Shown: in pieces, positions 23,069 through 30,751 of the stretch
How the letters are laid out: each line of letters starts with the position of its first letter
Position numbering within the stretch: the stretch's first letter is position 1
IMG/VR virus record: IMGVR_UViG_3300037467_000513
Strand: one strand, 5' to 3'
Length of the DNA: 44,287 nucleotides
DNA from: a virus
The notes under the pieces: generated by a model
Databases searched by the model: none
The model's input: only the letters and a program-made list of their open reading frames with translations
What the model was told of the DNA's origin: nothing
Position numbers and translations under genes: made by a program

Positions 23069-23275
23069 ATGAAAATACAATCCCGAGTAAAATCTACCGC
23101 ACCGGCCCCGCCTCCGTTGGACCCTAAGGAAGCCCTTCGACACATCAAGACGTTAGCGTTGGCGGCTCAGGGTAGTTCCGACATGGACATGATCCACGAG
23201 CACGTCAGGATCATTCTGTTGCTTGTGGATAAGGCGCTGCCGCGTCGTCGGCGGTCGGATCGCCATGGGGATTAA
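23069..23275 (+). CDS. Small hypothetical protein of the repressor-linked cassette
   Basis: 68 aa from ATG 23069, with AAGGGA 8 nt upstream. The ORF track starts at GTG 23063. Preceded by an AT-rich spacer. Confidence 0.5.
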   Translation: MKIQSRVKSTAPAPPPLDPKEALRHIKTLALAAQGSSDMDMIHEHVRIILLLVDKALPRRRRSDRHGD

Positions 23276-23298
23276 AGCGGCTGTAGGGGCGAGATGAC

Positions 23299-23913
23299 GT
23301 GAAACAGCCGCCACGATACGTTCGGAGCCCGGCCAAATACACTATCCCAGATGATATAGCTCAAGGCATTGGGCATCTTATGGTGCGGTGGGCCTACTTG
23401 GAACATGCGCTGCAAACCATTGTTTGGATGCTCGTAGGCGTGACCCAGCCTGTGGGGAGACTCGCTATTCGCGAGCCGAGGGTGCAAGAGCGCGTCCGCT
23501 TGATTGTTGAATTATCCGATCTAAAGGGCCTCGATATCCCCGCAAAATTTTTCAAGTCGATTTGCAGCCATGCCGAAGATATCGGTAGAAATCGCGATCT
23601 TTTGGCGCACGGCCACTGGATTTTCGATGACGAAAATTCGAACTGGCAGGTTGTTTTAACTAGAGGAAAATGGTCTGACGATGAGCCGCACCCCAGCGCT
23701 AAAAGCATTGTCCCAGAGGCGTTGATTGTAACGTCAGAAGCGCTCGGGAAAATTCAAGCTCAACTCGACGAACTTATCAAGATGGTGGAGCTTATCGCGG
23801 AACGATTTGAAACCCTGCTGCCCCCACCGCCCGAAGTACATCCATCGCAATTTCCATCGAAGTCTCCCACTCCCAATCGACGCGCCACAAAACATCAGAA
23901 ACCGCCTCGATAG
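23299..23913 (+). CDS. HEPN-like (R-x4-6-H motif) protein, candidate exclusion/abortive-infection effector
   Basis: 204 aa with a GTG start. Motif ...SHAEDIGRNRDLLAHGHW... fits RN-type HEPN signatures (DUF4145/Abi-like). The C-terminal ~35 aa are P/S/K-rich. Family not verified. Confidence 0.45.
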   Translation: MKQPPRYVRSPAKYTIPDDIAQGIGHLMVRWAYLEHALQTIVWMLVGVTQPVGRLAIREPRVQERVRLIVELSDLKGLDIPAKFFKSICSHAEDIGRNRDLLAHGHWIFDDENSNWQVVLTRGKWSDDEPHPSAKSIVPEALIVTSEALGKIQAQLDELIKMVELIAERFETLLPPPPEVHPSQFPSKSPTPNRRATKHQKPPR

Positions 23914-23998
23914 CTTCCGGCGGGATGGCTTTCACTACATCGCGGCTGGATAGCATCTCCCCCCCACCGGGCGGCACCTTCCAAGCATCGTCGTTCAT
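23792..23998 (-). CDS. Possible convergent small ORF overlapping the 3' end of the HEPN-like gene
   Basis: 68 aa from ATG 23998 (MNDDAWKVPPGGGEMLSSRDVV...). AAGG lies ~9 nt upstream. 122-nt antisense overlap. It could be a shadow ORF. Confidence 0.25.
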   Translation of the reverse strand: MNDDAWKVPPGGGEMLSSRDVVKAIPPEAIEAVSDVLWRVDWEWETSMEIAMDVLRAVGAAGFQIVPR

Positions 23999-24013
23999 CT
24001 GTACCAACCTTCC

Positions 24014-24037
24014 GCCCGGCTCATGCCGGGCTTTTTT
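24014..24037 (+). terminator. Intrinsic terminator ending the repressor/cassette transcript
   Basis: GCCCGGC-tcat-GCCGGGC followed by TTTTTT. Confidence 0.8.
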
Positions 24038-24080
24038 GTGCCTGCATCATAGGGCGCTGTGCGGCGACACACAACAAAAA

Positions 24081-24131
24081 CACGCTAAAGCGTTTTGGCC
24101 TATTGCGCGACACGCCATAGCGTGCTAGAAC
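24081..24131 (+). promoter_or_regulatory. Second operator cluster O3/O4 with rightward promoter (OL/PL-like)
   Basis: O3 is CACGCTAAAGCGTT (24081..24094). O4 is CACGCCATAGCGTG (24111..24124). Geometry: TTGCGC (24103..24108), 2 nt, O4, 1 nt, TAGAAC (24126..24131). The 11-mer TAGCGTGCTAG is shared with 22492..22502. Confidence 0.55.
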
Positions 24132-24163
24132 ACCTCCATCAACCAACGATGGAGCCGGGCAAG

Positions 24164-24523
24164 ATGGGCTACTACTCCCCCAACCCGCATTACGCGCCGG
24201 ATGATTTCAGCGACGACACCAAGCGCGTTGACGAAGCGCAGGCGATTGCCGGTCGGTATTTCCGAGACGCCACCAAGCCGCAAGCTGCCAAGTACGCCGA
24301 GCAGATGGCGGTTATCCGTCCCTACGCTGGCTCGCCCAAGTGGGAACGCGCCCGCGAGACTGCAACGCAGGAATATCGCGCCAGCACGGAAGCTGCTGCG
24401 GCTCTCTGCAACGAGACGTACCGCAAGGTTTACGAAACCGGCGAAGTCTCGGACGAACTCTCGTACCGCTGGGATGCTCTGATCGCTGCGAACGCGCCTG
24501 TCGTGACGGAGTGCGCGGCATGA
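24164..24523 (+). CDS. Hypothetical protein (first gene of rightward early operon)
   Basis: 119 aa from ATG 24164, with GGAG 10 nt upstream. The ORF-track start at 24095 lies inside the operator/promoter. Confidence 0.6.
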   Translation: MGYYSPNPHYAPDDFSDDTKRVDEAQAIAGRYFRDATKPQAAKYAEQMAVIRPYAGSPKWERARETATQEYRASTEAAAALCNETYRKVYETGEVSDELSYRWDALIAANAPVVTECAA

Positions 24524-24918
24524 CCAGCAAGGCAGGACATACGGCGGGGCCGGCTACGGTACTGCGTTCGAAGCGCCCATCTGATGGCGAGCATGACTTC
24601 GCGGTAAACTGCGAAGGCGCTCCGGTGATAGCTGAGGCCTTCGGCCGAGCCGCAGATGGCGAAGGCTCTATCCTTCCGGCCGAGGCCAACGCCCGCCTGA
24701 TCGCGGAAGCCTTCAACGTCGCGCACGAAACCGGCCTGACGCCGCGCCAGTTGGCGGAGCGGTGCGGGAAGTTGGAGGCGATGCTCAAACTGGCGCTGCC
24801 AATTATCAGCGATAGGGCCGCCGGTGGCAGAATGTTGACGCCTCGGGAGCACGCAATAGGTGTGTTTCAGAAAATCGACACAGCCCTATCCAAGGCTACG
24901 GCTGGGGGTGCGGTATGA
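24520..24918 (+). CDS. Hypothetical protein
   Basis: 132 aa from ATG 24520 (ATGA overlap). Contains an EANARLIAEAF motif that I recall from other uncharacterised phage proteins. Confidence 0.6.
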   Translation: MTSKAGHTAGPATVLRSKRPSDGEHDFAVNCEGAPVIAEAFGRAADGEGSILPAEANARLIAEAFNVAHETGLTPRQLAERCGKLEAMLKLALPIISDRAAGGRMLTPREHAIGVFQKIDTALSKATAGGAV

Positions 24919-25442
24919 CTTGGCTCAAGTACGCCGATGCGCCAATCCTGGTTGACGAGCTTTTCAACCGCGACCAGCCGGAACAGGTTAACTCATATCG
25001 GAAGCCGCACGGTTTCTGGATCACTGATGACAGCGAAGATTGCTGGCGCTCGTGGTGCCTGTCGAACCGCTTTAGCTTGGATCGTCTCGCTTACAAACAC
25101 GAGATCGACCTTGATGAAGGCCGTATCTTGATCCTTCGTGACGAATACGATGTTCGGCGGTTCGCTAAAACCTATCGCGTGTTCAAGGAGTGGGGGCCGA
25201 CGCACGATCCGCACAAGTGGACCGACATCTGCATCTATTGGCCCAATGTCGCCAAAGACTACGCCGGTATCATCATTACGCCGTACCGATGGGAACTCCG
25301 CATGGAGCCGGGGTTCGATTGGTACTACGGATGGGATTGCGCCAGTGGGTGCATTTGGGATGCGAGCGCGATCAAAGACGTGCGGTTGGTTGAAATCGAC
25401 CGCGAGGTATCTGCGCCCGCGCTAAAATCGGAGGCCGCATGA
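24915..25442 (+). CDS. Hypothetical protein
   Basis: 175-aa W/Y/D-rich ORF. ATGA overlap. Confidence 0.65.
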   Translation: MTWLKYADAPILVDELFNRDQPEQVNSYRKPHGFWITDDSEDCWRSWCLSNRFSLDRLAYKHEIDLDEGRILILRDEYDVRRFAKTYRVFKEWGPTHDPHKWTDICIYWPNVAKDYAGIIITPYRWELRMEPGFDWYYGWDCASGCIWDASAIKDVRLVEIDREVSAPALKSEAA

Positions 25443-25642
25443 CCCCCGACCTCATAGCCGATCAGGCGCTCATCCTGACAAGCCAGTGGCAACGCGAAGC
25501 TCTGCCGACGAGCGACGAAGCAATGCTTCTGCTCTACCGCGATCAGGCGCGGCGCTGGGCGCAGCAGGACAACCAATCAGAACAGGACTGGCGCCGCATG
25601 AATGACGTGGTGGCCGGATGCATGGAGGGTGAGCATGTTTAG
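25439..25642 (+). CDS. Hypothetical protein
   Basis: 67-aa ORF. ATGA overlap. Confidence 0.5.
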   Translation: MTPDLIADQALILTSQWQREALPTSDEAMLLLYRDQARRWAQQDNQSEQDWRRMNDVVAGCMEGEHV

Positions 25643-25937
25643 GGTGGGGCAGAAGGTGGTGGCGGTTAATGACGCCGATCAGGGAAATCGCCAGCGCCCC
25701 ATAAAGGCTGGCGAAATCTACACGATACACCGCATCGTCGAACATAAAGATTTTGCTGGGAATTGCGGCCTGTGTGCATTTCTCAGCGAGATCGAGCCAG
25801 AGAAGTGCCCGTTGCTCGACGAATGGGCTCCATTCGCATTGAGCCGCTTCCGCCCCATCGTACCCCGCCCGACCTCTATTGAGTTCGCGCATGAGATACT
25901 GCGGAAGGCCACCCGCACCGACGAGGTGTCGGTATGA
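25635..25937 (+). CDS. Hypothetical protein
   Basis: 100 aa from ATG 25635 (8-nt overlap). The ORF track starts at 25602. Confidence 0.55.
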   Translation: MFRVGQKVVAVNDADQGNRQRPIKAGEIYTIHRIVEHKDFAGNCGLCAFLSEIEPEKCPLLDEWAPFALSRFRPIVPRPTSIEFAHEILRKATRTDEVSV

Positions 25938-26191
25938 GCAAGATCGATGATGGTGGACCCGCATTTCCCTTGAGCGCGGACGCCGCAATTAATCCTGTGA
26001 CGAACGTGTATGGCGCAGACATTTCGTCCGGCCTCACCAAGCGCGATTACTTCGCTGCGGCGGCTATGACAGGGCTCGCCGCTCGCATGGGTGCAGCATG
26101 TGGATACAAGCACCAGTACGCTAAGGCCGCATTTGAATACGCCGACGCCATGATCGCCGCCTCCAAGACCGGAGGGCCTGAGCATGGCTGA
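25934..26191 (+). CDS. Hypothetical protein
   Basis: 85 aa. ATGA overlap. GGPAFP motif near the N-terminus. Confidence 0.55.
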   Translation: MSKIDDGGPAFPLSADAAINPVTNVYGADISSGLTKRDYFAAAAMTGLAARMGAACGYKHQYAKAAFEYADAMIAASKTGGPEHG

Positions 26192-26579
26192 CCTCACCTC
26201 ACTCATTGAGCGCATTGAGGCCGCGACGTTCGAAACCCAACACGCCGTTATCTATGACGCGCTCGTTCTGTTTCATCGCCAAAGCTGGATAACAGACAAT
26301 TGGTACGACGTCGCAATGGAGATGCGTCGTGCGGGCGCATTCCTAGATGCGGTCATGACTCTGATGCCGGAGGGCTACGCGGTCACAGACTTGATGATCT
26401 GGCCCGATGAACCGTCTTCGACCACCGTCGTCGGCACGACACGCCGTCCATTCGGAAAAGATCATCGCATGTCGTGGGTTCATGGTGCAGGCGATGGCAC
26501 ATGGAAAGGCAACGGCGCAACCGCTCCCCTCGCCCTTCTCGCCGCCATCCTTCGCGCCAGACAGACGGAGGCGCGGTGA
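26184..26579 (+). CDS. Hypothetical protein
   Basis: 131-aa ORF with an 8-nt overlap. Confidence 0.6.
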   Translation: MADLTSLIERIEAATFETQHAVIYDALVLFHRQSWITDNWYDVAMEMRRAGAFLDAVMTLMPEGYAVTDLMIWPDEPSSTTVVGTTRRPFGKDHRMSWVHGAGDGTWKGNGATAPLALLAAILRARQTEAR

Positions 26580-27223
26580 TGGGGCGCGTTCTGGTCGCCT
26601 GTGAATTTTCCGGTGTTGTCCGCCGCGCCTTTGCCACCAAGGGCCATGACGCGTGGTCATGCGACTTGCTGCCGGCAGATGATCGCAGCAACAAGCACAT
26701 CATTGGTGATGCCCGCGATCTGCTAAATGACGGTTGGGACTTGCTCATGGTGGCCCATCCGCCTTGCACGCGCCTGTGTAATTCAGGGGTGCGCTGGCTG
26801 TCCGTGCCGCCGAAGGGCAAGACCGTCGAGCAGATGCAGGCCGAACTACGGGCCGGCGCGGCGCTGTTCTCCTCGTTCTGGAATGCGCCTATCGAGCGCA
26901 TCTGCATCGAAAACCCGGTCATGCACCGGCACGCGAAGGCGTTGATCCAGAACTACGCCGAGCCCGCACAATCTGTGCAACCGTGGCAGTTCGGCCATGG
27001 CGAGACGAAGCGTACCTGCTTCTGGCTGCGGAATCTTCCGGCGCTTGTGCCGAGTAACATTGTCGCCGGCCGCACACCGCGCGTTCATTTCGCCTCCCCT
27101 GGTCCTGATCGCTGGAAAGAGCGCAGCCGGTTCTTCCCCGGCATCGCACAAGCCATGGCCGATCAATGGGGCTCGCTCCTTAAAACCGAAGAACAGCCCG
27201 AAGCAATCGGAGCCCCATCATGA
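26579..27223 (+). CDS. Short C5-cytosine-methyltransferase-fold protein (no obvious target-recognition domain)
   Basis: 214 aa from ATG 26579 (TGATG junction). VLVACEFSG resembles motif I, MVAHPPCTRL resembles the motif IV PC dipeptide, and ICIENPV resembles motif VI ENV. Confidence 0.5.
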   Translation: MGRVLVACEFSGVVRRAFATKGHDAWSCDLLPADDRSNKHIIGDARDLLNDGWDLLMVAHPPCTRLCNSGVRWLSVPPKGKTVEQMQAELRAGAALFSSFWNAPIERICIENPVMHRHAKALIQNYAEPAQSVQPWQFGHGETKRTCFWLRNLPALVPSNIVAGRTPRVHFASPGPDRWKERSRFFPGIAQAMADQWGSLLKTEEQPEAIGAPS

Positions 27224-27912
27224 CGAATCCTGATCTGGTGAGGCTGGCGGATGAACTCGACGGCTGGCACGATTGCGCTGATGGCGATGTTAACGCCGGC
27301 AACGGCCACTTCCGTCTTGTTTGCGTACACGACTCCGAACAGCAGCGATTAAACCTGCGCGCGACGTTGCGCGAAGTATCAACCGCCCTCCGCCGTCTCC
27401 CAGCAGACGCCGGGATGCGAGAGGCGGTTAGGCGGTTGGAAGAACTCGACTGCTTATATGTCAACGGCGAGCGGTATCCGTTCGGCGGCATTGTCGGCGA
27501 CCCTGAAACCGCGACCCGCCGCGAAGCCATCAAAGAGTGCATCGCAGCCCTCACCGCGCCCGGCGCGACGACGAAATCTGACGGCGGCGGGAAGTTAGAG
27601 CCCGCTGAATGCCCTCAAGACCGCAGTTGCGCGCGCGAGCCAATCGGCAATACCGCGTCATCTGGGCAAGCGGTCCCCGGAGTAGCGCCCGGCCCGTCAG
27701 ACCCTTCATCCACCCGCAGCGAGGTGACGGAAAGCCTCGCTCGAGCTATTTGCAAGGCGAAAGGCGTCAACCCCGATTGCCTGCACCAGAATTACGGCGA
27801 CGAACCGATTGATCATGCCGACACATCTGGGAAGGCGTTTCATTACGGCTGGCGCAACCAGCTTGGCATTGTGAACGCCCTGCTCGAAACGCACCAGATC
27901 AGGAGGAAGTGA
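27220..27912 (+). CDS. Hypothetical protein
   Basis: 230-aa ORF. ATGA overlap. Confidence 0.6.
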   Translation: MTNPDLVRLADELDGWHDCADGDVNAGNGHFRLVCVHDSEQQRLNLRATLREVSTALRRLPADAGMREAVRRLEELDCLYVNGERYPFGGIVGDPETATRREAIKECIAALTAPGATTKSDGGGKLEPAECPQDRSCAREPIGNTASSGQAVPGVAPGPSDPSSTRSEVTESLARAICKAKGVNPDCLHQNYGDEPIDHADTSGKAFHYGWRNQLGIVNALLETHQIRRK

Positions 27913-28151
27913 TGGCAATCCTCCCCTGCCAGAAATGCGCCGGCGAAGGCACGATCTATACCTCGCGCTATGGCGGCAATGATCCCGACGTTTACCCGGT
28001 CGGGAAATGTGAAGCTTGTGACGGCTCCGGTAGCCAACCGTGCGAGCGTCGTGGATGCAAAGAGAACGCCATCGGCTTCAACGACGATGGCGAGGCCATG
28101 TGCGCCGACTGCCTGCACGAATGGGCCGAAGAACAAATGTGGGAGGACTGA
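27912..28151 (+). CDS. DnaJ-type zinc-finger small protein
   Basis: 79 aa. Two CxxCxGxG repeats (CQKCAGEG, CEACDGSG) plus additional Cys pairs. SD AGGAGGAAG upstream. Confidence 0.6.
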   Translation: MAILPCQKCAGEGTIYTSRYGGNDPDVYPVGKCEACDGSGSQPCERRGCKENAIGFNDDGEAMCADCLHEWAEEQMWED

Positions 28152-28798
28152 TGTCCATGACCATGGAATTGAAGTGCTGCCCGTTCTGCGGCAAGCAGCC
28201 AGTAACATTCGGGTCTGGTGACGGACAACGCGGCTTGATGATCGAATGCATGACGGACGGGTGCGTTAATCCGCATGTCAGCTACTACGACCACGCCGTC
28301 GCACAAAAGGTTTGGAACACCCGCGCAACCGCCTCTCTCCAAGGCGAAGATGCGGTCGAGAGGGTGGAATTGCCCTTGGCCCGCGCGATCAATGACGTTC
28401 TGAACGCGATGGTCGATGCGCGGGAGGAAATGACAACCACGAAGATATCGGCGCGGATACTTGGCGACGATACTGTCCGCGCTATTCTCGCAACGGGCCT
28501 TGTGCCCGACGAAGCGGCGGTCAGGGCCAACAACACGGCCAACCTGATTTCAATCATCGCGGACATTCGCGAAAAGACCGGCCTTGGCGGTAAGCCAATG
28601 CTCAATGAACTTGCCGACGCAATCGTTGCCGAGATGGATCGACGCGTGGCTGACGAGCGGGAGAAGTGCGCGAAGGTGGCGGATAAGCACGCATCTTCTT
28701 ACGACAATGAATGGAACAGAAAACTAGGCAAAGCAAACGACCTCGTCGAAGCGTGCGAAGAAATCGCCGCCGCCATTCGGTCGGGAGGCGGGGAATGA
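28151..28798 (+). CDS. Lar-like (restriction-alleviation family) zinc-ribbon domain fused to a ~150-aa C-terminal region
   Basis: 215 aa from ATG 28151 (TGATG). N-terminus ELKCCPFCGKQPVTFGSGDGQRGLMIECMTDGCVNPHVSYYDHAVAQKVWNTRA fits the remembered Lar_restr_allev pattern. Confidence 0.6.
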   Translation: MSMTMELKCCPFCGKQPVTFGSGDGQRGLMIECMTDGCVNPHVSYYDHAVAQKVWNTRATASLQGEDAVERVELPLARAINDVLNAMVDAREEMTTTKISARILGDDTVRAILATGLVPDEAAVRANNTANLISIIADIREKTGLGGKPMLNELADAIVAEMDRRVADEREKCAKVADKHASSYDNEWNRKLGKANDLVEACEEIAAAIRSGGGE

Positions 28799-29019
28799 AG
28801 CTGACAGAGGCGCAGCGGCGCGCGCTCAACTTGCTGCCAATCACGGTTACGATGTGGGGCGGGAAACCATTCACCAGCCTACCGCGAGGTATTCGATCCG
28901 TCTCGACGCTAGAGGCATTGCGCCGCAGAGGTTTGTGCAAATCGCAGCATGTGGTTACGCGTGACGTGTGGACGATCACCCCCGCCGGCCGCGCCGCGCT
29001 TGAGCAGGAAGGGAAATAG
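28795..29019 (+). CDS. Hypothetical protein
   Basis: 74 aa from ATG 28795 (ATGA overlap). Confidence 0.55.
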   Translation: MKLTEAQRRALNLLPITVTMWGGKPFTSLPRGIRSVSTLEALRRRGLCKSQHVVTRDVWTITPAGRAALEQEGK

Positions 29020-29022
29020 GGG

Positions 29023-29265
29023 ATGGTAACCATGCGCGAATACGTTGACCGCGTTCAAGGTGCCGGGTCTTGGGACCGAATGCACGACGCAATCAATGAA
29101 GGGCAGCTCCATGGGTGGAAATTGCCTCCTGTCGAGGTGGATGGACACGAGGTCCACATTTTCCCCGGCGACAATCGAGAGGTGACTCTCGAACAGGTCC
29201 AAAACGAAATCCGAAAGGTCTGGAAACAAATCCCGCCTCCGTGGAGCCGCACCAATGAGCGATGA
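29023..29265 (+). CDS. Hypothetical protein
   Basis: 80-aa ORF. Confidence 0.55.
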   Translation: MVTMREYVDRVQGAGSWDRMHDAINEGQLHGWKLPPVEVDGHEVHIFPGDNREVTLEQVQNEIRKVWKQIPPPWSRTNER

Positions 29266-29731
29266 CCTGGTGAGCCGCCCTTGGCGCTGCGACGTGACCG
29301 GAAACCCTGTAGGCACCGATACTGCTACTCTTGGTGCCAAGCCATGCCAATGCCAAGGGTGCAGAGCCGCCCAAGCCCTCACGGAAGCCCGAGCCGAGAT
29401 CGAGAGGTTGCGGGCTAAGCCGCCGCCACTCAACGCGCAATCGCTGCCGGGCGTCGATGCATTAGTGAAGACGTTAGAGGCGCAAGTCGATGAAGCCTTG
29501 CGCTCCTGTCTTGCCGAACGCGAAGGCCGGTTGAAAGCCGAATCCGAACTTTCCACCCTCCGAGCCCGTGTCCGGGAAGTCGTGGGGCCGTTCAGCAAGA
29601 TCGACCCATTTGAGGTAGCGTTTTCGAAGCACGGAAAGATTTTCCGACTGGATTATAACGCCTCGCTGCTTGACCAGCTGACATTCGAGCATCTCCGCGC
29701 CGCCCGCCAACTGAATGAGGATTTGAAGTAA
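29255..29731 (+). CDS. Hypothetical coiled-coil protein
   Basis: 158-aa ORF. N-terminal Cys cluster (CDVTGNP...CQCQGC) followed by a helical region. Confidence 0.6.
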   Translation: MSDDLVSRPWRCDVTGNPVGTDTATLGAKPCQCQGCRAAQALTEARAEIERLRAKPPPLNAQSLPGVDALVKTLEAQVDEALRSCLAEREGRLKAESELSTLRARVREVVGPFSKIDPFEVAFSKHGKIFRLDYNASLLDQLTFEHLRAARQLNEDLK

Positions 29732-29991
29732 TGGCAAAGTTTCGCAAGAAGCCCGTTGTGATCGAAGCCGTGCTTTGGGACGGCAAGATGCCAACTGTCG
29801 AACCTTTGATGGTCGGCGCGACAACGCAAAGTGTCGAACAAGATTTGGGCGACCCGGCGCTACTAATTCCAACACTCGAAGGCACAATGCGCGCCGAAGT
29901 CGGCGACTGGATCATTCGTGGCGTTAACGGCGAACTCTATCCGTGCAAGCCGGATATTTTCGCCAAGACATATGAGGCTGTAGAGTCATGA
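29731..29991 (+). CDS. Conserved hypothetical phage protein
   Basis: 86 aa. KKPVVIEA...GDWIIRG..GELYPCKPDIFAKTYE is a pattern I recall from many phages. No function is known to me. Confidence 0.6.
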   Translation: MAKFRKKPVVIEAVLWDGKMPTVEPLMVGATTQSVEQDLGDPALLIPTLEGTMRAEVGDWIIRGVNGELYPCKPDIFAKTYEAVES

Positions 29992-30419
29992 CCCTCCTCC
30001 CAACACCGCTGGAAGAAGCGGCGAAAAAACTGGACCCGGATGCTTTTGCCGTCGATGAGTTCGGAAGCTATGCGCTCGTCTCGGGGTCGTCTCGTCGTGC
30101 AAGCGCCAGAACTCACGCCACCGCCGCGATCACGGCCTACCTCGCACAGGCAGAAAAAGAAGGTTGGGTGATGGTGCCAACCAATGCCACTGCGCAAATG
30201 ATTGCTGCGGCATTCCCATCGACGGATCGAGACGTTCTGTCCAGCGAGGATCTAAAGACAGGGGCGGCCGCGATCATGATTTTGGAAGGCCCGGCAGACC
30301 TAGGAGCAATCACCGGCCCCGCAGTCAAGGAAGCCGCCGCAATGTGCAAGGACTACCGAACAATGCTCGCAGCAGCGCAGAACGGGGGAGACATCCCCGC
30401 GCCGCCGATGGGGAAGTGA
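29988..30419 (+). CDS. Hypothetical protein
   Basis: 143-aa ORF. ATGA overlap. Confidence 0.6.
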   Translation: MTLLPTPLEEAAKKLDPDAFAVDEFGSYALVSGSSRRASARTHATAAITAYLAQAEKEGWVMVPTNATAQMIAAAFPSTDRDVLSSEDLKTGAAAIMILEGPADLGAITGPAVKEAAAMCKDYRTMLAAAQNGGDIPAPPMGK

Positions 30420-30751
30420 TGATGGCAACGCCTGACAACATTTGCTGCCCCCACTGCGGCGAAGCGCTCGGCTTTCAGATTACATCGCGGCTCATGGATT
30501 CGTCGCGCCTAAGTTTCGCAATCCACCCAAACAAGGGCGAGTTACTGTCCGCCCGGAATGTCGGCGGCGCCATCGAACAGATGGAAAAGCTCTTGGTCGC
30601 TTGCGGCAAAGACCTTGGCGTCAAAACTGCCGTTCTGGTCGAGGGTATCAACTTCAATGAAGGATCGGTGACGGTCGATCTACTTGTCACCCGACACGAC
30701 ACGAAAGTCAGAAAGCGGGCTGAAACCTCCCCCGGTGCTGCCGATGAGTAG
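30419..30751 (+). CDS. Hypothetical zinc-ribbon protein
   Basis: 110 aa from ATG 30419 (TGATG). N-terminal CCPHCG. Confidence 0.55.
   Translation: MMATPDNICCPHCGEALGFQITSRLMDSSRLSFAIHPNKGELLSARNVGGAIEQMEKLLVACGKDLGVKTAVLVEGINFNEGSVTVDLLVTRHDTKVRKRAETSPGAADE

Noticed and set aside
23224-23232. Perfect E. coli-type DnaA box TGTGGATAA.
   Set aside because: It is a single isolated 9-mer inside the 68-aa ORF, with no cluster and no nearby AT-rich unwinding element. The iteron/T-rich region at 15.2-15.3 kb is a better origin candidate.
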